Below, piece by piece: positions 51,034-64,000 of a stretch of DNA of 64,000 nt; position 1 is the first letter of the stretch, and the number at the start of each line of letters is the position of its first letter. The DNA is taken from NCBI RefSeq assembly GCF_963853765.1, contig NC_088855.1:39184001-39248000 (forward strand), given 5' to 3'. The stretch comes from Magallana gigas (Eukaryota). Below the pieces are notes generated by a model. That model was not told the origin of the DNA, did no database searches, and worked only from the letters and a program-made list of their open reading frames with translations. The position numbers and the translations under genes were made by a program.

Positions 51034-54000
51034 TCATCCTACGACAAGTTCCCCCACGGACCCAGCGACTTTAGCTGATGCCGTGGAAGCCATGACGTCA
51101 GTTTCCGGTGTGGTGGTAGGAATAGTGGTTTGTGTGGTAGATGGGGTCACGGTCTGCGGTGTTCCGACAGTGGTAGCTGTTTGCCCTTAAAGAACGGACA
51201 AGAATAAGAATACTCATACATTCCAATCTGTCTACCATGCAAACAACAATGAATACTCTTTAAAGTATCGGCAAGTATTTTCACGTACTGTACTCGCATA
51301 CGTATGGGAAATTTTCGTGCACAAGGCCTAGAGGGTCCAGCTTGAGACAGGGGTAATCGTGCCAGTGACCCGAGTCGGTGTATTTCAACAGCACACAGTC
51401 CTCGTCTATGAGATGAATGTTAGTAAGGCCAGTAATGGTGTCCAAAATCAAACGCTTCTTGCCAATATGGGGTGAGGTTATCACTCCGGGTTGTCCTGCG
51501 GCCCAGTAGGTGAAAGTAGCTGGCTCTCCTACTTTTGAGCAAATTTGTATCTTTTTATATATCTGTATATGATTTTTAAAGATAGATCAGTCAATTGGTA
51601 TAATATATGTTTAGTTATCAAATAGACCGAATATTGCCAAAATCGGACTCTAAAGAGCAAGGTGACTTAAATCTGTCTAAAAACTTTAAACAATTATAGA
51701 TTTATTTTATGGAAAGCTTGTACTTGAATATTAATAGGCCTGCTTTTGGAAGCCTGTACTTGAATATAGGCCTGCTGGTTATTCAATAGATACCGGAGAC
51801 CCATGAAAATTTCCCCTCCTGCAACTGGTCAGTCAATCCGATCCAGACTCCCTGACCATGGAATGAGAACGACCCGAGAGCGGACATAAGGAAGAGTTGT
51901 TCCTCCATGTTGTTGACCACAACTAGTGTCCCTCCCTTAGAAGCACAGTCACTCTCCGCCGCCTTCCATTCAATATGGCGGTGGACCACAAACTCGTAGC
52001 AATGGCCATTGTATGCCTTTAGATTTATGTTTCGTGAGAGATTCGGTGGACAGTTTTCGATGTTGTCGCCATCTTAAGAAAATGGAAAGAGGGTGTGCTA
52101 TTTATCTACGACTTGGTCTATAATTGTAAATCGAATCAGGCACGTAGCATCGTTTTTGAAAGTGGGGGGGGGGGGGGGGGGGCAGACCCATCCAAAAAAT
52201 CTTGACAAGCAAAAAAAGGGAAATTTAAAGTTCTCCAAAAATCTTCAAAATCCTAATCCGTAGAAGGGGGGGGGGGGGGGGGGTAGACTCAACTATACTT
52301 CCAAAAAAAAAAAATTCTTCCCTACCAAAATTTTTTTCCCTCCAAATCATGCAATTCCTAATCCGTGGGGGGGGGGGGGGTAACTTCAATTTGACTACTC
52401 ATTTCCTAATTTTCTTACTAATTTTTTACTAACTTTCAAAAAAGTGGGGGGGGGGGGCACACTGTCGTGTATCCGCGCCGGTAGTGACATGTTTGGATAA
52501 CGTGAAAATGGCGTATCCATTGCAAAAACAATGAGTGTTGTGTCCTTTTTTCTATCGACAACGGGGTAAATATTAATTAAAATATCGTAATAGTCATTCA
52601 TATTTTTCTGAAGGTTTTGCAGTTGAAAAGAGTGTGCGTTATTTTCGTTCATCGTTTATAAAAACGACTTATTTGTAGAAAAATCAATCGTTAACGTGTC
52701 ATTTTAACGCTAAAACCAAGAACTATTTCTAGATTACGTAGATAATATAACACATACTAAAAATCTGAAGCAGCCAAAATTAATTTAAAACATTGCATTA
52801 ACCAAATAAAACCAAACCGATGTCTTTTTAATACATTAATATGTATAAAAATAGCAATAACTTCATGCACCTGCTAAAGAAGTAGTACGGTTTGGATAAA
52901 TAAATTATTCCGGTTTGGATGCTAAAATATCAATTGTGCAAATGGTACGGTTTGAATAATTTAAAGTTTAAGGATTTTTAATATTTTTATATAATATTAT
53001 AATGACATATTATAAAACCAAAATACTTCCACATGTTCGAAGGGAACTAAAACTGGATGACTATAAGTTTATTTCTTTAGACAAGCCTGTTTTTTTCCTC
53101 TGATAAAATGGTATATTTAGTGTATAATTGATCAGAAATTGATTATTTAACGAATAAGGATCCGAATCATTCTTTGATCGAATATCATGAGTTGATTATT
53201 TTGGTCGGGGCGTGGTCAAACACAATAAAGCTCGAAACGAAATTACACCTCACAATATCGAAAGAATGATTCCTTATTACTTATATTAATTTAATTCACA
53301 GCAATTGTACTTTTAAATATTTTAATAAGGAAACGTCATTTGAATTTATTGGACTGAATATGAACAAATTGATACTTAGCGTTATCAAATGAAAAGACAT
53401 TGAAAATGTAAATATAGTTATATCAAGTTTTTTTTTACTGACATTTCAAAAGAATACTTTCTTTAATTTTAAATTATAAAGAAAATATAAGTATTTCACC
53501 TTTAACCTGAAAAGCAATATATCATATACACACCTTAACAGACAACTATCTACTACTTTTATGGCAAGCGACTTTATGATGTGTTTTTTAGTTATTCTGA
53601 AATGATATTTATAATCGTGAAGTACGTTTAACGGAGAACGTGCTTGGTAATAATATTATGAAAGTGAGCCTCGTTTACATTCAATACCAAGCCTGTACAT
53701 CGCTAGACAAAGAAAGTTCTACAATTATTTCACTCCCAGTGATTATACTGATATAATACAAAGTACCATAGATGTCTGCCAAGTCATATATTTACTCTGT
53801 TGTTAGAAATAGTTGGTCCAAAAAATTCAAGTGATGACGAGACCTAAGTAAACATCGCCATTTTATATGTACATTAAATTTTATTCAATCATAATTCTCA
53901 CCAGAAAATCAAAACAATAAATATGTATCTATGTATATCAAGAGGTTTTGGTGACTCATGCGGGAAATGAAGGTGGTGTCACTGCAGAAAAAGTACAAAA

Positions 54001-55562
54001 CCCGCGTTAGTATTTAACATGAAAGTATAATGATAAAAATGTCATAGTTAAAAATTTGCCAAAGCAAAGTTGTTAGGCTGTTGCAAAACTAAGAAGTTGT
54101 TTGGGAACGTTTCAATTTTTAATTTAGAAAAATAGACAAGTATAATGTTGGATATCATAAGTTAAATATTCTGTATCAAAAGAGAATTTTTTTTTCATTT
54201 TCATGAAACCCATATCAGGATACCAATAATTAAAAATATCCACGTTATCACGGTTTGTTCTGTGCAGTGTATCGATATATTATATCGTTTCAATTTTAAA
54301 AGAAAAAAAATATTTGTATCATTAGATGATTTTACAGACTTTAAACTTTTTAAAGTTGGTATAATTCTGTATTTGACTGATCTCTTTTGATTGTTTGACG
54401 TTTTCACGTTTAAAGCCGATAACGATATAGAAGCATAACAATTGAAACTGTCTTAAACACATGTTTTTTGTGTCGGTACAGATTTTGGTAAGGCTGAATC
54501 TTTCGAAATTAATATCGATGGAATGATTATACAATAGACTTAACATATCTGTAAAGCAATCTGTATGCAATTTTTATAAGCCAATTGCACGTTATTTGGA
54601 GCGTGTGTAAAATTGAAATTCAAATTACGGTATATTAAGTTTTGTTGGCTTAAATGCACAAGTCTTTAACGTGTATGTTTATTTTTTTAAACAATGTGAC
54701 TTCATATGTCTATCACATGACGATATCAGCATGCTTTTCAGTGAGGGCATGTATATCGCATAGTAGCGAAGGTATATCCCCTTCGCGAGGGGATAATTAA
54801 AGGAACTATTTACACTCACAAATTAATTACATCCAAACCGTATCAGATGCGTATCCAAACCGATCCTATTTTGAAAAACAAGGTCATCCAAACCTGTTCC
54901 GTTGTTCACAATTAATCGACATGAACTGCTTATTTACATAATTTTAACATAAAATTCGTAGAACTTTAAAGATTTTATACACTTTTAAATAGATCTGACG
55001 ATCTTTTTCGTGTTAAAGTAGACAATATAAGCCTTAAATAACACGAAAACTTATCACGAAGCAAACGGAACCACCATTTTCACTTTATCCAAACACGTCA
55101 CTACCGGCGCGGATACACGACAGGCCAACTCCATTATAATTCATTTTTTTATATGTAAATTTTAAAAAATTTGTTGCTGCGAGAAAAAGTGGGGGGGGGG
55201 GGCAGGCCCCCCTGCCCCCCCCCCCCCCCCCTGATGCTACGTGCCTGCGAATTGATATTAAAACCACATTGTGTCGGTACCCACGTAAAAATTATTCACC
55301 GTATTTATGCCAAAGTATAACAAAGTATAAAACGGAGATAACATTTTTTAGATAGCAGCGTATGTTACAAGAACATTAATTAATATAATAATTATCCCAA
55401 CTGCGCATAACGACAATCGTAGGATTCAGTACCTATAGCAAAGTGTAATTCATTAATATTGAATGTGTTTGAAGTTATATTTGCAAAAGAATTTCAAAGA
55501 ATGCAATCCCAGCACTTACAGACAAGAGAAATTAGAATCGGTGAAATCAACAGGGTCCACAT
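51034..55562 (-). CDS. C-type lectin 1 (signal peptide, single CTLD, Thr-rich tail), ~237 aa
   Basis: Exons 55562-55520 (MWTLLISPILISLV, T|gtaagt), 52072-51794, 51528-51289 (QPG...EDC...WHDYPC) and 51185-51034 total 714 nt in frame. Confidence 0.87.
52137..55247. mobile_element. G/C-tract MITE (5-bp TSD) split by a ~2.66-kb nested element, in intron 1 of lectin 1
   Basis: cgaat|caggcacgtagcatc ... gatgctacgtgcctg|cgaat. The two halves rejoin to match the 39526 copy. Confidence 0.88.
52460..55124. mobile_element. Non-autonomous CACTA/EnSpm-like element nested in the MITE
   Basis: ~50-bp TIR (c)actgtcgtgtatccgcgccggtagtgac...gtgaaaatgg with 2 mismatches; repeated tttggat/atccaaac subterminal motifs. 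TSD ambiguous; no coding region seen. Confidence 0.68.
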
Positions 55563-55710
55563 TGTGCAAGGATGTGTCAAAGCCACGTACAAGATTTTCA
55601 CTGTATATGATCTTATCTATTCAGTCATCGACAAAGTGTTCAAACATGGGTCATATAAGTTCGTGTACTACTTTTTCTCGTCTCTGCTATCTTCTGCAGT
55701 GGGATGGGAA

Positions 55711-55714
<4 letters not shown>

Positions 55715-55786
<72 letters not shown>
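55715..55786. repeat. (GA)n microsatellite just upstream of lectin 1
   Basis: AG run seen directly. Confidence 0.97.
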
Positions 55787-56731
55787 GGGTATAATTATCT
55801 TATATATGATTTTTCTGTAAAAATGAATTTTACAGAGATAGTGAAAGTCATACTGGTCCATTTGTCTGAATATCTAACTTCTGAGATCATGCTGTTTACA
55901 CATTTTTAAAAGCAGTTGCCTTTTACAAACAACGTGAATTGTAGTTGCTGTAATAGTAGCCTATCAGTTTTATCCAAATTCAATTTTTATCACTATGAAA
56001 TTGAGGGGGCTAGGGCCATCACATAAGACTGAGTGTGCATTATAACATCCAGTGCTTTATCCTTGCATCAATTATCTGACTTTTCATGGCCTGGTTTTGT
56101 TATCGCACTCACCAAGCTCATTGGTCAAAAGTCTAATAGCATTTAGGAAATGAAGCCCTGAACATTTCATGCTTATAATTTTTCATAGAAAAATTTAAAT
56201 AATTTCTTTCACATTTTGTGTTTTAAATATACATTAAAATACCATTACATGCACAAATGAAAGGTCATGTTTAAAAGTTGATACCAGAGCTTTACTCCAT
56301 CAAAGTAACTTTGTGCAACAATAAATACCAAAAGGTGCGGTTTTCAGTGTTAGCAAACCATACCATTTCAGTCAATGTAATATGATATATGTGTACACTA
56401 GTCTAATAATTATTAATTAATGGGGAAAATAATATGTACCTGGTACATGTACATGTACAAAAAGAAATGAGCTAAAAATTGGCATTCATTTCTTGTTTTT
56501 ACTTTTCATCTATATTTTACATAGTGTTTACATTGTGCATATGGATTTGAAAAAAAAATCACTTTCAATGAAAGTACCACTTGGCGGTAGACAGTCAAAT
56601 GACACATCACATGGAGAAGTTGTCCAAAAGTTTCCATCTGTGTATCGCAAACATTCATCGCGTGTAATTCGTTAAGCAGTCATCTGATGCATCCAATGAA
56701 TAGCAAAGGAAAATGGTATCTCTTCACCTGT

Positions 56732-56950
56732 CTATGTAAAAAATAATATCACAATAGCCATTCCAACACAAGAAACTGCTACATAGGGACTCAGTCTCTC
56801 TCCAATCCGTGCACATTTCCAAAATGTTCCAAGCACTCCTGTTTTGTTTTTATCCAACAGGCGTGGTGCAATTGATCTAATGTAAGCACATGTACATATT
56901 AGCAATAGAACAACAGTCAAAAGACTTTGGAAATTAAATAATGCAGACAT
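56732..56950 (-). CDS. TMEM167: Protein kish (Golgi secretory-pathway membrane protein), 72 aa, single coding exon
   Basis: [25 protein letters not shown]...[14 protein letters not shown], recognised as the kish/TMEM167 family. Confidence 0.96.
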   Translation of the reverse strand: MSALFNFQSLLTVVLLLICTCAYIRSIAPRLLDKNKTGVLGTFWKCARIGERLSPYVAVSCVGMAIVILFFT

Positions 56951-58361
<1,411 letters not shown>

Positions 58362-60590
58362 ATATCTTCTGTGATTGGATTGCGAATTGGACTATGGAAC
58401 GGATCATTAAACTATGAAAACGACATGAAATATTTTGCAAAGTCTTATTTGGCATCATCTGTCGAGATAATTACAGCATGTCACTTGTTGTTTGCTTTTA
58501 TTTGTACATTGTATTGAATTATTATAAAGGTAAATTTATTGTGACACCATCAGGTGAAAGATTTATCGTGATTATAGATAGCAACTTTAAGCTGATTGTT
58601 GATACAGCAAAAAAAAAAAGATAAAAAGAAAAATAAACCCAAAAATAAAATTTGAATTTTTATTTATAGTTATATAGATCCTCTGATCTAAATTTTTGAG
58701 CATTCTACTCCTAACTTTTGGGAAACAATTTTTCTATCTTTAATCTGGTGTATGTTTACATGTTCATTTATGTTGAATAATCTTTATCATGTAAATGGTT
58801 ATTAATAAACTTTTTTAAAAAAATACAAAAAAGGTGTTTGTCTGACTCTCTCTTCGATTATATGCTTACCAGTTGAAATAAAAACACTACTTTAAATAGT
58901 ATTTAAATCTTGCATGCAGTAGGAGACTTTACATATTAGATGAAATGTCCATGTTTTAGGGGTGTGCATATTAGTGCCAGGCTTGAAATGCAAAAATATT
59001 TAATACCTCACCTAGCATATTAGGACCTGATACACTGCTTTCATCTGTCTTTGACTGCTGCCCTGCTATTTCACCTCGAGGGTGAATATTAATGGATTAT
59101 TTTGGAGAGCTCCATCAAAATCTTACTGAGCCTTCTACATGTAAATTTAAACTTGGCTTTTCCCATTCAGCTAATACCAAAAAAATATGTCTATGACCTT
59201 TGGTACTTTTCTTGATGCTGCAAGTTGCTTTTTATTTATCTTCTGCAGTCTGTTAAAATCTGACCTCTGTCTTGCTTAAATCATAGAAGTTTTTAAACTC
59301 CTGTCATCAATATGATAGTATTACATTATTGGAGATGCATGAACTGGAATTTCCAAGTTGTTTTACAAATAACAAACGCATTTTTTCCCTTCAGCTTTAT
59401 TTGTTGTGTGCTTAAAAAACTTGAAAGACAAATCAGAGATTATCACAATTTGAGATTCTACATTTCAAGTGAACAAACATTCAGTAAAGTGTGTCAAATC
59501 ATAACATTTAATACATGAAATTCTACTCTAGCAAGCTTTCTGTTACACAAGATTAGAATAAGCCTGTAAAACATTCTAAAGTTTTACATGTCACAAAAAC
59601 AAACGATGTACATTCTTCATTCTCAATGATGTAAGAAGATACATGTATACCTTTCTTTCTCTTAATTACCAAACGAGAAGAGCATGCTCTTTATGGGACT
59701 TGCGACATTCACAAGGAAGAGAAAAAAAATCATCAATTGATTATGACACAACGAATTGACTAGATTTCACAGTAATTTAAAGACTTGTTGCATGTTTGTA
59801 TGCCTAAATTAAAAAAAGTTAAGTTTCTTTAGAAAACAGTGTCTTTCTAAAATGTGATTAAATACCATATCACACAGGCAATAGTAATGAAACACAACCA
59901 TTTTCTGATAAAAAGCATGTCAATTAAAAGATTTCTTACCACCATATAATCCCCCATCTATCAGTAATTAAAAGCATTGTAAAACTTCAAATGTGTTATT
60001 ACATGCTTTAACTCAATACATCGAAATTTCTTCAATTAAGCACCATATAGCAAATGTATATGCAATTAAAAATCATTAAAAGCAACTACTAAATAGAAGA
60101 TCTATTGGTTTTAAAAAGCAGGCATACATGTATATATTGCAAGATAAACTGCATAGAAAAACATTCATTCTTTTTAAAGCGTGTATAATTTCCCTATGCA
60201 GCATCAATTCATATGAATTGCAAAATCCAATATAATCCACATATGACACTTGTGTAGAACCATTAACATGCATAAACACCAGACTTCCAATCAGACAATG
60301 AAATATTTGGGTAAAAATTGACTAGTATCACAAGAACTTAGGCCAGGTCCCAATTTCCTTGTATCCCCTTGTCTCTTATATCAGAGCGCACAAATAAGCC
60401 TATCCGTGTATCTCCTTGTAAACCTTTAAAACAGATCCTTGTATTAATGTAAAATAAATCGCTCATATCTTAAAATTCAATATTATTGTACATGCTTATT
60501 TTGAGGAAACTTTAAAATTAGTTTCATCAAAATACTGTATAAAAATATATAGATGAACTTTGCAGAAATCTAAGAATTTTATGTTCGTTC

Positions 60591-63500
60591 TTAAGGATCT
60601 ACAAATGAAATCATGATATATCGTGTTCCTTTGGTCGTCACGAGGCCCTCGTGGAAATGAGTGAGTCGTCCCGGGTGCATCAACATCCAGCCTTTACGTG
60701 TTGCCGTCACGCTGCAATTGTACCTTAAAAAGCGACAACCTCCTCCCTGTGGAAAAAAAGAAAAATAATTTAAAGTTACTTTTGAACCTCAAAAGACATG
60801 CACATTAATGTATATACCATATATTAAACTGGTATGTAAATTACATTTTACACAATACAGGCATTTGTAGCAATATTTCTTGAGAGGTAAAGTATAAGTA
60901 AATGAAAAATAAGTTTGTTCATAAGTTTATGAGATATGCAAGCATCTTTTATGTACATTCCATACCTAAAGAAGCTGGAATATTACAAAGCTTGCCTTCA
61001 TATCTTCTACTTGCATGTAGTTACAAGTTTTTTTTTTTTTTTATAAATGATGTTTATAGATTCCAAGACATGAAAACGATGACTGCTTCCAAACATTTCT
61101 CAACCATTATTAATAACAGCGGCTTGAAACCAACACAAGATTCCAAAATTAGAAAAGTTTACCTCAAAATCTTTCATGGGTGTGTTGAGGGCGATGTTAA
61201 TGGTGAAGGTGGAGGAATCATGGTGTGGGCGTAATCTGTCTTGTTCGTTTGGACGGTACCGCACAACAAAGTTCATTATCGCTCTAGGAGGCTACAAAGT
61301 CATACATGTATATGCACTCATGTATTGTAGAGTTACACATTTTTTATAGAACATCAAAATATGATATCCCAATTGTATCAAGCTAAATGTTATATAAATG
61401 TTTTGAACCTCTTTGTGAATATTTAACAATAACATGATGCTAGATAAGTTTCACTTTTTAATGATAAACTAATTAAAATCCTTCCTTTGGTCCATTTTGA
61501 AATTTCCTATATGAAAACAATATCTCGTGACTTAATTTAGGGATTAAATGAAATCATACCGGGTAATTTCAAAAACTGATTTTTAATCTTACGATTTTGC
61601 ACTGAATAGAAATTATATAGATATAAATATTGTAAACCGGAGTGTAGATGTGAACATTAAGGGTCTTTTTCCAGTTTATCACTAACTTACATCACTATGG
61701 TATCCTTCAAATGCTCGCTCTTGTAGAGGAGAGACATAAACCTTTAGAAAATGTAACCAATGTTCCTCCATTCCGATTTGCCTCATATGAGTGTCTACAG
61801 TTGGAACATTTTCATAGCCTCCAGCCAGTCTGGGATCCTAGAGAAAATTTTAAAACATACAGGTACTTTCTCTATTACTACATCATTTCACATTATACAT
61901 GCACATATTTTTCTTGCTACATGTATATTGGTTTGTGAATTCTTGTAGTAATTGGTTTAATCTGAACACACTTTATTGCAGTTTCAAAACAATAGGATTG
62001 GGCACAATTCAAAAAGATATGTATTGTATAATTGCCCTGGCTCTCCCTAATAGTATTTCAGAAAACCTGTAATTTACTGAAACCCTACATGTACCAGAAA
62101 GCAATGCTATGATAAATGTACAAGTACAAATCCAAACATACCTTTATTATAAAGCTTATTATAAAGAGTACCGTAAGTTCAAAAACACTGACCTCATGCC
62201 TGCCCCCTGACCACTGGTTTAGGTGTTCCATCTCCTCCACCAGACTGTCACAGAACTTTGTGCTCACAATGGGGAACCAGAACACATCAGGACAGGGCTG
62301 AAGGGCCGAGAGAAAATTAATCATTAAACATTATTCTTTTGTAAGCACTTCTAATGCTACATGTATTACGGTTCAAATGGATAGAAGCCACTTATAAAAC
62401 AGCTCTAAACTGGCACTGGATTTATCTTGACATGAAGTACATGTAGTATATCTATCAAAAGTATTACAAAATAACCATTATTTATTTATGCAGTGGATAA
62501 AATCATCAACATCTGCTGGAATGGCAGTGCTTTTTTTCCTGTGATTATGCAATATACACTGTAGCTAAAAATGATGTGCATGCTCAAGCATACGTGGTTG
62601 GCTGGTATCTCTATTACTAGTACTGTTAGATTTAAAAGAAATTATGCATTACATGTACCTGAACAAGAGTCCTGTTCAATTCCAAGCTCTGGGAATAATT
62701 TTCATGAATGTACTTCAGTTTCCAATCCTTTAATCAAACATAAGATTTAACTTATACATCATCATCAAGCCAAAGAATGGAATCCAAATATGACTAAACA
62801 TCTTTACATGTATAAATTAATTAACATATGCAGGTGTACTCACATAAGGGTTTTGTACAATCTGATAAAGATCATTATGAAGATGAGAGGTATCCATGTT
62901 GTCATAATCCACAAGATGGCCAAGGATTTTTCTGTTTGTGGCATACATAAATATACCCTAAAAGAAAAGCATAAGATAATTAAAATATGATTGTTGAAAA
63001 CAAAGAAACTAGAAAATGTTAATGCTTTTAAAAACAATATAGAGGTGTTTTAGACTAAATTGTGCTTTAATTAAGGCGATTTTGAAAAGTTTTAACTTTT
63101 TGAATAGGTACTGAGTTGGCAAAGGAAGTTATCTCAAGATTTTCAGCTGACAACTCTCTATGTTCATAGTAGTTTGGCCCATGACCTTGTAACTCATTAT
63201 TTCAAAGGGTTGTCTACTTCTTAACAGCAGCAGCGTACTAAGTTTGATTATCAGTTTACTATAAGTTCTCAAGTTAGTTAACAGTATTCCTATATCCAAG
63301 TAGTATGACCCTTGACACTTCAAAATCAATAGGGGTTAAATGCCAATGGCAAAGATCATTTTCTATCTAGCAAAGATATCATTAGGTGTGTCCAGAGCAG
63401 TTTAATGACCTTTGACCTCTGACCTCATCTGAAAAAGAGGTCATTTCCTTTTTCGAGAGAATCTTTGACAAATACTGATGATTGTCCAGCAGATATATAA

Positions 63501-63880
63501 ACATAAAAACTGACAACACAAACCCTTTTCCTGAGACCTCCACAGAAAGCCATATCAGGTTCAACATTTTCTGCAGAATAAATGTCTCTCAGTTCTTCCA
63601 TTAGAGATCCATGGATAAGGTAGGCTCCAGTGATGTATGGAACATTCCACAGTCCACTAAAAGCAGATACATGTAAGTAAGCTTTGCTATCATCACTTAA
63701 CATTTGGGTACATGCTCATTAAATTGTACATGTACCGGTAACTTAGTGACTTACATTTTTTTCTTCTCCACAATATCTATGTAGTCTTCAGACCTGGCAT
63801 ACCATCCATCTTTGTTGACAGCTCCCCAAAAATTGGACCATAATTTGTAAGGGCGAGACAATATTGGTGCCAGAACAGTT
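60591..63880 (-). CDS. PLOD: Procollagen-lysine 2-oxoglutarate 5-dioxygenase (lysyl hydroxylase), 3' portion; continues right of the window
   Basis: Exons 63880-63755, 63656-63524, 62957-62844, 62727-62659, 62297-62193, 61837-61691, 61291-61163 and 60746-60591, all phase-compatible. [39 protein letters not shown] (HxD), [21 protein letters not shown]. Confidence 0.95.
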
Positions 63881-64000
63881 CTGAAAGAGATAAAAAGCTA
63901 ACCACATTACACATTGAATACATACCATTCATCAGTCATCACACATTTCAATGCATTGTCATATTCCTTTGATTTTTTTTATGACTAGGCCAAAAAAAGA

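Noticed and set aside
55290-55334. Alternative first exon for lectin 1 (MLSPFYTLLYFGINT)
   Set aside because: It ends in phase 0, incompatible with the phase-1 acceptor at 52072; the 55562-55520 exon fits the phase and gives a better signal peptide.
58990-59260. Exon-like, GC-richer minus-strand segments between GABARAP and PLOD
   Set aside because: All three frames of the larger segment hit stop codons and no family is recognisable.

Overview
AT-rich, intron-rich animal genomic DNA, not prokaryotic. It is most likely a Crassostrea/Magallana oyster; this is inferred from the ~166-bp Cg170-like satellite carried in Helentron-type elements and from bivalve-style MITEs. Host genes, from exon models I built by hand from GT-AG sites and reading phase, left to right: four tandem minus-strand Golgi carbohydrate sulfotransferase (CHST-like) paralogs; four tandem minus-strand secreted single-domain C-type lectin genes with Thr-rich tails; TMEM167/kish head-to-head with GABARAP; and the 3' half of a PLOD lysyl hydroxylase. 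Mobile DNA includes a full-length 9.7-kb AcademH-type transposon (12489-22176; perfect 72-bp TIRs, 9-bp TSD, apparently intact spliced transposase and RecQ-like helicase), a frameshifted Tc1, two HINEs and many MITEs, several of them nested. The most unusual signal is in the lectins: all four C-type lectin domains carry a variable-length insertion in the sugar-binding long loop that keeps a multibasic proprotein-convertase-like site followed by hydrophobic residues (KKR-LIL, KRR-FIL, RRRR-FLL, KKR-FLV). This suggests a family of proteolytically processed lectins, sitting about 400 bp from a glycan sulfotransferase cluster. One 132-N assembly gap lies at 28300-28431.
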